This document shows positions 20,386-30,840 of a DNA stretch of 64,000 nucleotides, one piece after another. The position numbers and the translations under genes were made by a program. Numbering within the stretch: the stretch's first letter is position 1; each line of letters starts with the position of its first letter. The notes beneath the pieces were generated by a model. That model was not told where the DNA came from, did no database searches, and worked only from the letters and a program-made list of their open reading frames with translations. Source of the stretch: an uncultured Clostridia bacterium (lineage in GTDB: Bacteria; Bacillota; Clostridia; Saccharofermentanales; Saccharofermentanaceae); assembly GCA_946537885.1 (NCBI GenBank), contig CAMNGC010000001.1, positions 57,897 through 121,896 on the forward strand, in the 5' to 3' direction.

Positions 20386-22089
20386 ACGAACAGCAAGAAT
20401 CACTACAAGTTACTTCATTCCTACGAAGAATACGATCAGTATCTCATGATGGATGAGATAAGCGGCGAGCTGTGTCTCAAAAAATATTTGGAGCATCATG
20501 AAGATGCTGTTTACGAGTATATCAGGGAGCACCGATCTGCTCATATCCCGGCAGTGTTTGACTATGGAGTTGACGATAGAGGATTCTACGTCATAGAAGA
20601 ATATATTAAAGGCAAGACACTGGATCGATATATGGAAGATGTGGATGAGGATCCCGAAGAACGCGAGAGGATAATATACGAGATTCTAGATGCAGTCGAA
20701 TTCCTTCATTTGGCCCCTTCACCCATAATTCATCGCGACCTCAAGAGTGATAACATCTTGATCGATAAGAATGGTAAGGTATATCTCATTGATTATGATG
20801 CAGCCAAGGTGTTTAAAAGCGGCGAGACTAAGGACACTGAACTCATTGGCACCATCGGCATAGCGGCGCCTGAACAGTATGGCTTCTCTCAGTCGGATCA
20901 AAGAACTGATATTTATGCATTGGGGCTTCTGATCAAGGATATGTTCCCGAAAAACGCAAAGTTCCAACGAGTGGCGGATAAGGCGATGAAAATGGACCCG
21001 GAGCAAAGATATTCCAGCATAGGGGAATTAAGAAGAGCAATGAAGTCCGGGCGTAGGGCTAGCGTGTATATCAGACGATGGGCACCTTTGATATCTGTGA
21101 CCCTTGCGGCTCTTATATTGATCTTTATTTTGCAGTCCCGACATGTTAATAATGAACAGAAAAAGGCCGACCTGATCATCGATGAGGGCGAGACAGTTAT
21201 TGAGGTGACCACCGGCGAGATGATGGGAACGACAAACGTTTTCGAAAATGATGAAAGCGGTGTCTTCGACATGACTTTGGATACAACAGGAACTTTAAGG
21301 GAATCTGCTGAACTACCGATGACGACAGGGAGTGTGACTGAACTGACGGGGTTAGAACGTGACAATCTGTCGGTGAGCGACTCATCGGAGACTAGCCCAA
21401 TTTCCCGGAATGATGCTTACGAGACACAGACTATCCCATCTGAATCGAGAATTGTGAATGCTTATGAAGAACAGACTGATGCAACGACAATTGAGACTGC
21501 CGGACAAACTGAAACACCAACCCGGGTTCCGGCGACTACAACTCCCAGACCTGCTACGGCAACTCCTACCCGTGTTCCTGCGGCCGCAACTCCCAGACCT
21601 GCTACGGCAACTCCTACCCGTGTTCCGACTACTTCACCCTCCAACGTTGTGACAGCAACTGCGACCCCTAAGCCTGTAACAGTTACACCGACTGTTTCGA
21701 ATGAATATGTCTATATTGTTCCGACGGAGGCTCCACACTATACACCAACGCTCTCTCCTACTCCTACCCCGTACGCAGGCGGACCTACCGCTCAAAGTGG
21801 GACCCTTACTGCCGGTTTTTGGGATGAATCTGCCGGCAATTTGACGATTATCAGTGGAGATGGGAATCCAATCTATTCCGCAACTGTCAATTTCCCTGAA
21901 GGGTATACAATTAATATAAATCAGAACGAATGTGATTACAGATATACGCTCTCTATAAAATCTCCAAACTCGTTCACATTAACATACAATTATATCGATT
22001 ATCCTGTCGAATACCTCTGTGTATACTATTACTCGTGGACACCGGCGAAACAACCCGATACGATTACTGTCACTTTTTCAGGCGAATAG
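20386..22089 (+). CDS. Membrane Ser/Thr protein kinase (paralog 2)
   Basis: Same kinase motifs as paralog 1; homology extends at least 20 codons upstream of the first ATG (20446) and the start is placed tentatively at ACG 20386. Confidence 0.88.
   Translation, partial: TNSKNHYKLLHSYEEYDQYLMMDEISGELCLKKYLEHHEDAVYEYIREHRSAHIPAVFDYGVDDRGFYVIEEYIKGKTLDRYMEDVDEDPEERERIIYEILDAVEFLHLAPSPIIHRDLKSDNILIDKNGKVYLIDYDAAKVFKSGETKDTELIGTIGIAAPEQYGFSQSDQRTDIYALGLLIKDMFPKNAKFQRVADKAMKMDPEQRYSSIGELRRAMKSGRRASVYIRRWAPLISVTLAALILIFILQSRHVNNEQKKADLIIDEGETVIEVTTGEMMGTTNVFENDESGVFDMTLDTTGTLRESAELPMTTGSVTELTGLERDNLSVSDSSETSPISRNDAYETQTIPSESRIVNAYEEQTDATTIETAGQTETPTRVPATTTPRPATATPTRVPAAATPRPATATPTRVPTTSPSNVVTATATPKPVTVTPTVSNEYVYIVPTEAPHYTPTLSPTPTPYAGGPTAQSGTLTAGFWDESAGNLTIISGDGNPIYSATVNFPEGYTININQNECDYRYTLSIKSPNSFTLTYNYIDYPVEYLCVYYYSWTPAKQPDTITVTFSGE
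21520..21626 (+). repeat. 48 bp coding tandem repeat (TRVPA..TPRPATATP)
   Basis: Units start at 21520, 21568 and 21616 (partial). Confidence 0.85.
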
Positions 22090-22256
22090 TAGGAAGAAAG
22101 ACGATTTTTACCTTGCGCCTTAACCCAAGCTGGGTTAACACGAGAGTTAATCCGGATATTTAAGCTCTCCCGGCGATTGTTTTCGAAAAAAATCTCAGGC
22201 AAAAATACTTTATTTCGCCGGCCCTGAAGAAAGCCTCAAAAATAATAAAAAAGTAC

Positions 22257-22285
22257 TTGCCATATCTGGAATAAGGGCGTAAAAT
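22257..22285 (+). promoter_or_regulatory. Sigma-A promoter of the S10 operon
   Basis: TTGCCA-N17-TAAAAT with an A-rich UP element. Confidence 0.8.
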
Positions 22286-22289
22286 ATGC

Positions 22290-22565
22290 CTTGCGCGACT
22301 TTGAGAAGTGGCGTGAGCAGTGATACCGGAGATTGCCGTATCCGCCTGCGAGCTGAGCAGGAGACGCGGGTAACTTCGGAGGAGCAAGTCGGAACATCGA
22401 TATCCGACGATTCGGCCTAAGCCGGCAGCGTATATACTTGAACGTTGCCCAGAGCCAAAGTGCTGCTGATGCTGAGCAGTAACTGGATGTCTGGGCTTTT
22501 GAATGGGAGAGAAAGAAACGCCCGACAAGGTTGAAATAAATAAACAGCATTTGGAGGAAAAAGAA
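22290..22565 (+). ncRNA. Long structured rpsJ 5' leader (probable ribosomal protein leader)
   Basis: About 275 nt between promoter and rpsJ with several stems, e.g. GAGATTGCC/GGTAACTTC, GTCGGA/TCCGAC, GCAGCGT/ACGTTGC, GCCCAGA/TCTGGGC. Confidence 0.55.
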
Positions 22566-22874
22566 ATGGCAACACAGAAGATGAGAATCAAGATCAAGGC
22601 TTATGATCATCAGCTCCTTGATGAGAGCGTAGCTAGAATCGTTGATGCGATCCAGCGCACAGGCGCAAGCTATGCCGGCCCTATTCCGCTCCCTACGGAG
22701 AAGGAAGTAGTGACAATTCTCCGTTCCCCTCACAAGTACAAGGATTCTCGTGAGCAGTTCGAGCAGAGAACACATAAGCGTCTGATCGATATCTATGCAC
22801 CCAGCGCCAAGATGGTGGATGCATTGCAGAAGCTTGACATGCCTGCAGGTGTTTCTATCGAGCTCAAGGCTTGA
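22566..22874 (+). CDS. rpsJ: 30S ribosomal protein S10
   Basis: [30 protein letters not shown]; GGAGG SD before ATG 22566. Confidence 0.98.
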   Translation: MATQKMRIKIKAYDHQLLDESVARIVDAIQRTGASYAGPIPLPTEKEVVTILRSPHKYKDSREQFEQRTHKRLIDIYAPSAKMVDALQKLDMPAGVSIELKA

Positions 22875-22974
22875 TAAGACGCTCAAAGGCTTAATCGGCA
22901 GCTGATCCGCCAAAGTCCGTTGCCGAGGTCACGTTCGCTTAGGCGAACCAATAACCTATTAGGAGGAAAAAAGA

Positions 22975-23604
22975 ATGACGAAGTTCGTAATTGGCAAGAA
23001 ATCCGGCATGACACAGCTTTTCGATGAGAACGGCAATGTTATCCCGGCAACTGTCATTGAAGTGGAGCCCATGTATGTGCTTCAGAACAAGACAGTTGAG
23101 AATGACGGCTACAAGGCTGTCAAAGTCGGAACAGGCACAGTTCGCGAGAAGCTCGTAAACAAGCCTGACAAGGGTCAGTTCAAGAAGGCTGACGTAGAGG
23201 TTAAGAAGTATATTCGTGAGTTCAAGACTGACGAAGAGTACTCCCTCGGACAGGAGATCAAGGTTTCCGATATGTTCGAGATCGGTGACAAGGTTGATGT
23301 CAGCGGTGTATCCAAGGGTAAGGGATATGCAGGTAACATCAAGCGTCACGGTCAGAAGGGCGGTCCTTCCGGTCACGGTTCCATGTACCACAGAAGAGTC
23401 GGTTCCATGGGCGCTAACTCCACACCTGCACGTGTACTCCCCGGAAAGAAGATGCCGGGTCATATGGGTGCAGTTAATTGCACAGTTCAGAACTTGAGCG
23501 TCGTTATGGTTGACGGCGACAGAGGCATCCTGGTACTCAGAGGTGCTATCCCCGGTCCTAAGGGCGGACTCGTAACAGTTGAGTCTTCCGTTAAGGCCAA
23601 GTAA
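22975..23604 (+). CDS. rplC: 50S ribosomal protein L3
   Basis: GKK.GMTQ, SKGKG, HRRVGS.G; S10 operon order. Confidence 0.98.
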   Translation: MTKFVIGKKSGMTQLFDENGNVIPATVIEVEPMYVLQNKTVENDGYKAVKVGTGTVREKLVNKPDKGQFKKADVEVKKYIREFKTDEEYSLGQEIKVSDMFEIGDKVDVSGVSKGKGYAGNIKRHGQKGGPSGHGSMYHRRVGSMGANSTPARVLPGKKMPGHMGAVNCTVQNLSVVMVDGDRGILVLRGAIPGPKGGLVTVESSVKAK

Positions 23605-23624
23605 GCGACGGGAGGACAATAATA

Positions 23625-24245
23625 ATGGCTAAATTAGATATTTACAATCTTAGCGGTGCCGTTACAGGTTCGATCGAGCTTTCCGACGACATTTTCGGTA
23701 TTGAGCCGAATCAGCATGCAATGTCTGCTGTCGTTCGCAATCAGCTCGCCAATCGTCGCCAGGGCACACACTCGACTAAGACAAGAAGCGAAGTAAGCGG
23801 CGGCGGCAAGAGACCTTGGCGCCAGAAGGGCACAGGTCGTGCTCGTCACGGTTCCACACGTTCTGCACAGTATGTAGGCGGCGGAATCATCTTTGGACCC
23901 ACACCCAGAGATTACAGCTACACAGTTCCCAAGAAGATCAAGAGACTTGCTATGAAGTCTGCTCTTTCTTCCAAGGCAGCTGCCGGCAAGATCATTGTCG
24001 TAGAGGATTTCAATCTCGAGAACATCAAGACAGCTGAGGCTGTTAAGGCTCTCAAGGCTCTTAAGACAGACAACGCTCTCGTTGTTCTTGAGGCTAAGAA
24101 TGAGAACGCTGAGCTCTCCGTAAGGAACATCCCCAACGTTAAGTCCGCTTTCGTTAACACAATCAACGTTTTCGATATTCTTAAGTACGACAGCTTCCTC
24201 GTAACAAAGGCTGCTGTTGAGAAGATTCAGGAGGTGTACGTATGA
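23625..24245 (+). CDS. rplD: 50S ribosomal protein L4
   Basis: RQGTHSTKTRSEVSGGG, QKGTGRAR. Confidence 0.98.
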   Translation: MAKLDIYNLSGAVTGSIELSDDIFGIEPNQHAMSAVVRNQLANRRQGTHSTKTRSEVSGGGKRPWRQKGTGRARHGSTRSAQYVGGGIIFGPTPRDYSYTVPKKIKRLAMKSALSSKAAAGKIIVVEDFNLENIKTAEAVKALKALKTDNALVVLEAKNENAELSVRNIPNVKSAFVNTINVFDILKYDSFLVTKAAVEKIQEVYV

Positions 24246-24598
24246 CAAGGGCACCGCAGGATATTATTCTCGCACCTGTAATTACCGAGAAGTCGGCAGG
24301 TGAGATCGCAGACGGCAAGTACACATTCAAGGTTGATGTGAATGCCACAAAGACAGAAGTTAAGATGGCTGTCGAAAAGCTCTTCAACGTTAAGGTCGTT
24401 GCTGTTAACACAGCTAACTTTGACGGCAAGGTTAAGAGACAGCGTTACCAGTTCGGTAGAACACCTGCCTTCAAGAAGGCTGTCGTTACAATCGATACCG
24501 AGGGCAAGGATGCAACATATCTTGCTAAGGGCGGTAAGACAACCAAGGTCGGCGCTAAGTACAAGACATCTATCGAAGAGTTTGGATTCGGCCAGTAA
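24242..24598 (+). CDS. rplW: 50S ribosomal protein L23 (C-terminal extension)
   Basis: P.ITEKS, ATKTEVK.AVE, KKAVVT. Confidence 0.97.
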   Translation: MTRAPQDIILAPVITEKSAGEIADGKYTFKVDVNATKTEVKMAVEKLFNVKVVAVNTANFDGKVKRQRYQFGRTPAFKKAVVTIDTEGKDATYLAKGGKTTKVGAKYKTSIEEFGFGQ

Positions 24599-24621
24599 GG
24601 TCAGATAAGGAGTGAATAAAA

Positions 24622-25452
24622 ATGGCAGTAAAAACATTTAATCCTACTTCTCCGGCAGTTCGACAGATGACCGTAACGGATTACTCCGTACTTACAAAGA
24701 AGGCACCTGAGAAGAGCCTTCTGGCTCCCGGAAGAAAGACCGGAGGACGTAACTCCTACGGCCGTATCACAGTTCGTCACAAGGGTGGCGGAAACAGAAA
24801 GAAGATCCGTATCATTGACTGGAAGAGAACAAAGGACGGTATCCCCGCAGAGGTTAAGGCTCTCGAGTACGATCCTAACAGAACAGCTTTCGTAGCGCTC
24901 ATCCAGTATGTTGACGGTTCCAAGTCCTACATCCTGGCTCCCCGTGGCCTTAAGGTAGGCGATAAGGTAGAGAGCGGTGAGAAGGCCGATATCATCACAG
25001 GTAACGTTCTTCCCATCTCCAGCATCCCTGTTGGTACAGTTATCTCCTGCATCGAGCTCAAGCCCGGCGCAGGCGCACAGCTCGTAAGAACAGCCGGTGC
25101 AGGCGCTCAGCTCATGGCTAAGGAAGATGCTTATGCTCAGATCAGACTTCCTTCCGGTGAGGTTCGTAAGATCTCCGTTAAGTCCCGCGCCATGATCGGC
25201 GAGATCGGTAACGAGGAGCATGAGAACGTAAATCTCGGTAAGGCCGGTCGTAAGCGTCACTTGGGCGTTCGTCCTTCTGTTCGAGGCGTTGTAATGAACC
25301 CGAACGATCACCCTCACGGTGGTGGTGAAGGTAAGTCTCCTATCGGACTTCCCGGTCCTGTTACACCTTGGGGTGTTCCTACTCTGGGTAAGAAGACCAG
25401 GAACAAGAAGAAGCAGTCTAACAAGTATATTGTTAAGAGCAGAAAGGGTTAA
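24622..25452 (+). CDS. rplB: 50S ribosomal protein L2
   Basis: [19 protein letters not shown]. Confidence 0.98.
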   Translation: MAVKTFNPTSPAVRQMTVTDYSVLTKKAPEKSLLAPGRKTGGRNSYGRITVRHKGGGNRKKIRIIDWKRTKDGIPAEVKALEYDPNRTAFVALIQYVDGSKSYILAPRGLKVGDKVESGEKADIITGNVLPISSIPVGTVISCIELKPGAGAQLVRTAGAGAQLMAKEDAYAQIRLPSGEVRKISVKSRAMIGEIGNEEHENVNLGKAGRKRHLGVRPSVRGVVMNPNDHPHGGGEGKSPIGLPGPVTPWGVPTLGKKTRNKKKQSNKYIVKSRKG

Positions 25453-25464
25453 GGAGGCACGTAA

Positions 25465-25743
25465 ATGAGTAGATCTACTAAGAAGGGCTTTTTCGTTGAA
25501 GAGTCCCTTATGAAGAAAATCAAGGCTATGAACGACGCCAATGAGAAGAAAATTGTTCAGACGTGGTCACGTGCTTCTACAATCTTCCCTGAGTTCGTCG
25601 GACACACAATCGCAGTCTACGACGGTCACAAGCACATCCCGGTATATGTTACTGAGGAGATGGTTGGTCACAAGCTCGGTGAGTTCGCTCCCACACGTAA
25701 GTTTGGCGGACATGCCGGCGAGAAGTCTGCAGGCGCCCGCTGA
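25465..25743 (+). CDS. rpsS: 30S ribosomal protein S19
   Basis: [19 protein letters not shown]. Confidence 0.98.
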   Translation: MSRSTKKGFFVEESLMKKIKAMNDANEKKIVQTWSRASTIFPEFVGHTIAVYDGHKHIPVYVTEEMVGHKLGEFAPTRKFGGHAGEKSAGAR

Positions 25744-25761
25744 TATTAAGGAGGAACTATT

Positions 25762-26238
25762 GTGGAAAAGATTATTTTGAGCAAAGAAAATATCGAGAAG
25801 AACCGCGAGGCTATTCTCGAGGCTTATGCAGCTCCCACAAAGAAGAGCTCTAAGCTTCCCGTTCCCACCAAGAAGCAGAAGAAGCTTCTCGGCATCGGCA
25901 GGGATCAGGGTATCGCAACAGCTAAGTATGTTCGTATCACACCCCGTAAGGTTAAGATCGTTGCTGATCTGATCAAGGGTAAGAGCATTGACGATGCTTA
26001 TGCAATTCTTATGTACACACCCAAGGCAGCTTCTCCTGTACTCACAAAGGTTCTGAAGTCCGCTGAGGCCAACGCTGTTAATAACAACGGCCTTAACAGA
26101 GCAGACCTCTATGTTGAGGATGCATTTGCCAATCCGGGTCCTATCCTTAAGCGTTTCATCCCGAGAGCAAGAGGATCGGCTAACAGAATCAACAAGAGAA
26201 CAAGTCACGTAACTGTAGTTCTCAAGGAAAGAGTATAA
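25762..26238 (+). CDS. rplV: 50S ribosomal protein L22 (N-terminal extension)
   Basis: RITPRK, SAEANA, PRARGSA, TSHVTVV; AAGGAGG SD before GTG 25762. Confidence 0.97.
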   Translation: MEKIILSKENIEKNREAILEAYAAPTKKSSKLPVPTKKQKKLLGIGRDQGIATAKYVRITPRKVKIVADLIKGKSIDDAYAILMYTPKAASPVLTKVLKSAEANAVNNNGLNRADLYVEDAFANPGPILKRFIPRARGSANRINKRTSHVTVVLKERV

Positions 26239-26250
26239 GGAGGATATCAC

Positions 26251-26982
26251 ATGGGTCAGAAAGTAAATCCCCATGGCCTCAGAGTAGGCGTCATCAAAGA
26301 ATGGGATACACGTTGGTATGCTGACAAGAAGACATTCAGTGATTTCCTTGTTGAGGACAAGAAAATCCGTAGCTTCGTTATGAAGGAGACCGACGCAATC
26401 ATCAGAAATGCAGGCAGGAACTCCAAGAAGCCTTTCGATGAGAACCGCAAGAACATTGCAGGCATCTCCAGAATCGAGATCGAGCGTAAGGGTGCCGAGA
26501 AGACAACGATCATCATCAATGTTGCTCGTCCCGGCCTTGTAATCGGTTCCAAGGGTGCCGGCACACAGGCTCTCACAGCTGCTCTGGCTAAGAAGTTCGG
26601 CAGAGAGTTCAAGGTAGAGGTTAAGGAAGTTAAGAATTCCGATTCCAATGCTCAGCTCGTTGCAGAGAACATCGCATCTCAGCTTGAGAATCGTATCAGC
26701 TTCCGTCGTGCAATGAAGAAGGCTATGTCTTCCGCTATGAAGCAGGGCATCAAGGGTATCAAGACAATGTGCTCCGGCCGTCTTGGCGGTGCCGAGATCG
26801 CTCGTTCCGAGACATACCACGAGGGTACAATTCCTCTTCAGACACTTCGCGCTGACATCGACTATGGCTTCGCAGAGGCAAATACAACATACGGACGCAT
26901 CGGCGTTAAGGTATGGATCTATAACGGCGAGGTTCTTCCTGAGAAGAAGGTAGCCGCAACTAAGGAAGGAGGCGAGCTCTGA
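26251..26982 (+). CDS. rpsC: 30S ribosomal protein S3
   Basis: [33 protein letters not shown]. Confidence 0.98.
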   Translation: MGQKVNPHGLRVGVIKEWDTRWYADKKTFSDFLVEDKKIRSFVMKETDAIIRNAGRNSKKPFDENRKNIAGISRIEIERKGAEKTTIIINVARPGLVIGSKGAGTQALTAALAKKFGREFKVEVKEVKNSDSNAQLVAENIASQLENRISFRRAMKKAMSSAMKQGIKGIKTMCSGRLGGAEIARSETYHEGTIPLQTLRADIDYGFAEANTTYGRIGVKVWIYNGEVLPEKKVAATKEGGEL

Positions 26983-27413
26983 TGTTACTTCCTAAGAGAG
27001 TAAAGCATAGAAAGCAGCACCGTGGTCGCTTGACAGGTAAGGCTACCAGAGGTAACAAGGTTACATATGGTGATTACGGCATTATTGCCACAGAACCCTG
27101 CTGGATCAGATCCAATCAGATCGAGGCTGCTCGTATCGCGATCAACAGATACGTAAAAAGAGGTGGTAAGGTCTGGATCAAGATCTTCCCTGATAAGCCT
27201 ATTACAAAGCACCCCGCTGAGGCTCGAATGGGTTCCGGTAAAGGTTCCGTTGAGTTCTGGGTTGCAGTAGTAAAGCCCGGTCGCGTTCTTTTCGAGATCG
27301 CAGGCGTAACAGAGGAGCAGGCTCGTGAGGCTATGAGACTTGCCGGCCACAAGCTTCCCTGCAAGACAAAGTTCGTATTCAAGGAAAAGGAGGACGAAGT
27401 AAATGAAGGCTGA
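26982..27413 (+). CDS. rplP: 50S ribosomal protein L16
   Basis: [18 protein letters not shown]. Confidence 0.98.
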   Translation: MLLPKRVKHRKQHRGRLTGKATRGNKVTYGDYGIIATEPCWIRSNQIEAARIAINRYVKRGGKVWIKIFPDKPITKHPAEARMGSGKGSVEFWVAVVKPGRVLFEIAGVTEEQAREAMRLAGHKLPCKTKFVFKEKEDEVNEG

Positions 27414-27603
27414 TGAGATCCGCAATAAGACAACAGAAGAACTTCAGAAGGAACTCGTTTCTCTCAAGGAAGAGCTTTTCAAGCTTCGTTTCCAGCACGC
27501 TACGAACCAGCTTGATAACCCTCAGCAGATCGCTTCTGTTAAGAGAGATATCGCAAGAGTTAAGACAGTAATCCGTGAGCAAGAGCTCAAGGCAGCAAAG
27601 TAA
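27403..27603 (+). CDS. rpmC: 50S ribosomal protein L29
   Basis: [14 protein letters not shown]. Confidence 0.97.
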   Translation: MKADEIRNKTTEELQKELVSLKEELFKLRFQHATNQLDNPQQIASVKRDIARVKTVIREQELKAAK

Positions 27604-27618
27604 GGGGGATAATGCAAA

Positions 27619-27876
27619 ATGGCAGAAAGAAACCTCAGAAAGAGCAGAGTCGGTATTGTCACATCCGATAAGATGGACAAGACAATCGTAGTTTCTGTAG
27701 AAGAGCACGTTAAGCACCCTCTGTACGGAAAGATCATGAAGAGAACTTTTAAGCTCAAGGCTCATGATGAGAACAATGAAGCAGGTATCGGTGATAAGGT
27801 CCAGGTTATGGAAACACGTCCTATCTCCAAGGATAAGCGTTGGAGACTGGTCGAGATCATCGAAAAGGCTAAGTAA
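27619..27876 (+). CDS. rpsQ: 30S ribosomal protein S17
   Basis: SDKMDKT, HPLYGK, ETRPISK. Confidence 0.98.
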   Translation: MAERNLRKSRVGIVTSDKMDKTIVVSVEEHVKHPLYGKIMKRTFKLKAHDENNEAGIGDKVQVMETRPISKDKRWRLVEIIEKAK

Positions 27877-27901
27877 TGCAGGCTAAAGGAGGATATATCA
27901 G

Positions 27902-28270
27902 ATGATTCAGGTTGAATCCAGACTCAGATCTGCCGATAACACAGGTGCTAGGGAGCTTGCCTGCATTAAGGTTCTCGGTGGTTCTTGGCGTAAGTACGCC
28001 AATATTGGCGACGTCATCGTTTGCTCCGTTAAGACAGCTGCCCCCGGCGGCATGGTCAAGAAGGGCGACGTAGTTCGCGCCGTAGTAGTACGCACAAAGA
28101 AGGGCGTAAGAAGAGCTGACGGTTCTTACATCAAGTTTGATGAGAACGCTGCAGTTATCATCAAGGAGGATAAGAATCCTCGTGGTACGCGTATCTTTGG
28201 ACCCATTGCAAGAGAGCTCAGAGACAAGGATTATATGAAGATCCTGTCCCTCGCTCCGGAAGTACTGTAA
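27902..28270 (+). CDS. rplN: 50S ribosomal protein L14
   Basis: ADNTGA, GTRIFGP, SLAPEVL. Confidence 0.98.
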   Translation: MIQVESRLRSADNTGARELACIKVLGGSWRKYANIGDVIVCSVKTAAPGGMVKKGDVVRAVVVRTKKGVRRADGSYIKFDENAAVIIKEDKNPRGTRIFGPIARELRDKDYMKILSLAPEVL

Positions 28271-28285
28271 GGAGGGCGAGAAGGT

Positions 28286-28636
28286 ATGGCTAATAAGATT
28301 CACGTTAAGAAGGACGATCAGGTGCTGATCATTTCCGGTAAGGATAAGGGCAGCACAGGTAAGGTTCTTAAGACAGAACCCGAGACAGGTCGTGTATATG
28401 TTGAAGGCGTTAATATGATCAAGAAGCACCAGAAGCAGGTGAGCCAGAACTCACCCAGCGGCATCATTGACCGCGAGGGCTCCGTAGATGCTTCCAACGT
28501 TAAGCTTATCTGCCCCAAGTGCGGTAAGGCGACACGTGTAGCTCACGTTGTTAACGCTGACGGTTCCAAGGATCGTGTCTGCAAGAAGTGCGGCGCTGTC
28601 ATTGACACCATCAAGAAGGCTAGCAAGGGGGAGTAA
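28286..28636 (+). CDS. rplX: 50S ribosomal protein L24
   Basis: ISGKDKG, VEGVN, SNV.L.CPKC. Confidence 0.97.
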   Translation: MANKIHVKKDDQVLIISGKDKGSTGKVLKTEPETGRVYVEGVNMIKKHQKQVSQNSPSGIIDREGSVDASNVKLICPKCGKATRVAHVVNADGSKDRVCKKCGAVIDTIKKASKGE

Positions 28637-28640
28637 GTAA

Positions 28641-29180
28641 ATGTCCAGATTAAAAGACAAGTATGTATCTGAAGTTGCACCGGCGCTGAAGGAGGCTTTC
28701 AATTATAGCTCTGTTATGCAGATCCCCAAGATCGATAAGATCGTTCTCAACATGGGTGTCGGTGAAGTAAAGGATAACCCGAAGGCTCTTGATAACGCTA
28801 TGCGTGACATGGGAATCATTGCGGGCCAGAAGCCCGTTGTAACAGTTGCTTCTAAGTCTGTTGCAGCTTTCAAGCTCAGAGAGGGCATGAAGATCGGTTG
28901 TAAGGTAACTTTGAGAGGCGAGAATATGTATCAGTTCCTCGATAAGCTCATCAGCATCGCTCTTCCCCGAGTAAGAGACTTCCGTGGAATCAATCCCAAC
29001 TCTTTCGATGGTCACGGCAACTATGCCATGGGTGTCAAGGAGCAGCTGATGTTCCCCGAGATCGACTACGATAAGATCGATAAGATCCGCGGTATGGACA
29101 TCATTATTGTTACAACAGCTCAGACCGATGAGGAAGGAAGAAAGCTTCTTGAACTCATGGGTATGCCGTTCCACAAGTAA
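28641..29180 (+). CDS. rplE: 50S ribosomal protein L5
   Basis: [25 protein letters not shown]. Confidence 0.98.
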   Translation: MSRLKDKYVSEVAPALKEAFNYSSVMQIPKIDKIVLNMGVGEVKDNPKALDNAMRDMGIIAGQKPVVTVASKSVAAFKLREGMKIGCKVTLRGENMYQFLDKLISIALPRVRDFRGINPNSFDGHGNYAMGVKEQLMFPEIDYDKIDKIRGMDIIIVTTAQTDEEGRKLLELMGMPFHK

Positions 29181-29197
29181 TCGGGAGGAAATAATAA

Positions 29198-29383
29198 ATG
29201 GCAAAGAAGTCAATGATTCTTAAAGCACAGAAGACTCCTAAGTTTTCTACACAGCAGCACAACCGCTGCAAGCTTTGCGGAAGACCCCACTCTTATATCC
29301 GTAAGTATGGTATCTGCCGTCTCTGCTTCCGTGACCTGGCTTACAAGGGCCAGATCCCCGGTGTTAAGAAGGCAAGCTGGTAA
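29198..29383 (+). CDS. rpsN: 30S ribosomal protein S14, zinc-binding type Z
   Basis: 61 aa, CKLCGR...[12 protein letters not shown]. Confidence 0.97.
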   Translation: MAKKSMILKAQKTPKFSTQQHNRCKLCGRPHSYIRKYGICRLCFRDLAYKGQIPGVKKASW

Positions 29384-29408
29384 TCAGCAGATCAAGGAGG
29401 AAAAATAA

Positions 29409-29804
29409 ATGCAGATCACAGATGCAATCGCAGATATGCTTACGAGAATTCGTAATGCAGGTAATGCCGGACATCCGACAGTAACAGTACCTGCTTCCAA
29501 CTTGAAGAAGGCTATTGCCCAGATCCTGTTGGATGAAGGTTACATCGCAAGCTTCGATGTAGAAGAAGATAACAAGCAGGGAATGATCAAGATCAATCTT
29601 AAGTATTCCGGTAAGAAGCATGTTATCTCCGGTATCAAGAGAATCAGTAAGCCCGGTCTTCGTACTTACGCTGATAAGGAGAATCTCCCCAGCGTTTTGG
29701 GCGGCTTGGGCATCGCCATAATCTCCACATCCAAGGGAGTTATGACGGACAAGAAGGCAAGAGCCCTCGGCGTAGGCGGAGAAGTTCTTGCATATGTATG
29801 GTAA
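29409..29804 (+). CDS. rpsH: 30S ribosomal protein S8
   Basis: [21 protein letters not shown]. Confidence 0.98.
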   Translation: MQITDAIADMLTRIRNAGNAGHPTVTVPASNLKKAIAQILLDEGYIASFDVEEDNKQGMIKINLKYSGKKHVISGIKRISKPGLRTYADKENLPSVLGGLGIAIISTSKGVMTDKKARALGVGGEVLAYVW

Positions 29805-29897
29805 TAAAGTCCCACGGGACTTTTGCACTCTGAAAAGCTCCCTTTCTGCGGACATACAGAGAGCGGAGCACAATCTAAAGAGCAGGAGGAAAAACAT

Positions 29898-30440
29898 ATG
29901 TCTAGAATCGGTAGAAAGCCGATAACGGTTCCTGCAGGCGTTGAAGTAAAGATCGACGGCCAGCACATCACTGTTAAGGGTGGCAAGTCCACTCTCGAAA
30001 TGGATGTACATCCTGACATGACAGTCAAGATGGACGGAAACGTTATCACAGTAGAGAGACCCTCTGATGATAAGAATCACAGAGCACTTCACGGTCTCAC
30101 ACGTTCACTGATCAACAACATGGTAGTAGGTGTTTCCGAAGGATTCTCCAAGGAACTCCAGATCAATGGTGTTGGTTACAGAGCAACAAAGCAGGGAAAC
30201 AAGGTAGTTTTCAACCTCGGTTACTCTCACTCTATTGAGGTAGTTGAGCCCGAGGGCATCACTCTCGACGTTCCTTCACAGAACCAGGTAATCGTTAAGG
30301 GCGCAGATAAGCAGCTCGTAGGCGAGACAGCCGCCAAGATCCGTAAGCTCAGAATCCCTGATGTATATAAGGGCAAGGGTATCAAGTATGCTGATGAGCA
30401 CTTGAGGATCAAGGAAGGCAAGACCGGTGCCAAGAAGTAA
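29898..30440 (+). CDS. rplF: 50S ribosomal protein L6
   Basis: MSRIGRKP start behind GGAGG SD; [13 protein letters not shown]. Confidence 0.98.
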   Translation: MSRIGRKPITVPAGVEVKIDGQHITVKGGKSTLEMDVHPDMTVKMDGNVITVERPSDDKNHRALHGLTRSLINNMVVGVSEGFSKELQINGVGYRATKQGNKVVFNLGYSHSIEVVEPEGITLDVPSQNQVIVKGADKQLVGETAAKIRKLRIPDVYKGKGIKYADEHLRIKEGKTGAKK

Positions 30441-30455
30441 TGGGAGGTGAAATAA

Positions 30456-30824
30456 ATGATTAACAAAATCGATAAGAACGAGATCCGTAAGAGAAAGCAC
30501 CTCCGTGTACGTAAAAAGATTTCCGGTACTCCCGAGTGCCCTCGTCTTTGTGTATACAGAAGCAATGCACATATTTATGCGCAGATCATCGATGATACAA
30601 ACGGAACTACACTTGTAAGTGCATCCTCTCTTGACAAGGATGTAAAGGCTGCTGCAGCTAACGGCAGCAACAAAGAAGCTGCTGCTCAGGTTGGTAAGCT
30701 TGTTGCAGAGCGCGCTGTTGCTAAGAATATCAAGGAAGTGGTCTTCGACCGCGGCGGATATATCTATCACGGAAGAATTGCAGCTCTTGCAGAGGCGGCT
30801 CGTGAAGCCGGTCTCTCATTCTAA
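30456..30824 (+). CDS. rplR: 50S ribosomal protein L18
   Basis: PRL.VYRSN.HIYAQ, FDRGGY.YHGR. Confidence 0.98.
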   Translation: MINKIDKNEIRKRKHLRVRKKISGTPECPRLCVYRSNAHIYAQIIDDTNGTTLVSASSLDKDVKAAAANGSNKEAAAQVGKLVAERAVAKNIKEVVFDRGGYIYHGRIAALAEAAREAGLSF

Positions 30825-30840
30825 TCAGGAGGAGATATAA

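Noticed and set aside
22290-22565. tRNA, tmRNA, T-box or metabolite riboswitch
   Set aside because: I could not see a cloverleaf, T-box consensus or aptamer core; its position favours a ribosomal protein leader.
29805-29897. 25 aa N-terminal extension of L6 (ORF from 29823) and hairpins in the rpsH-rplF spacer
   Set aside because: The canonical MSRIG start at 29898 has a strong SD, and the small hairpins are too weak to call.
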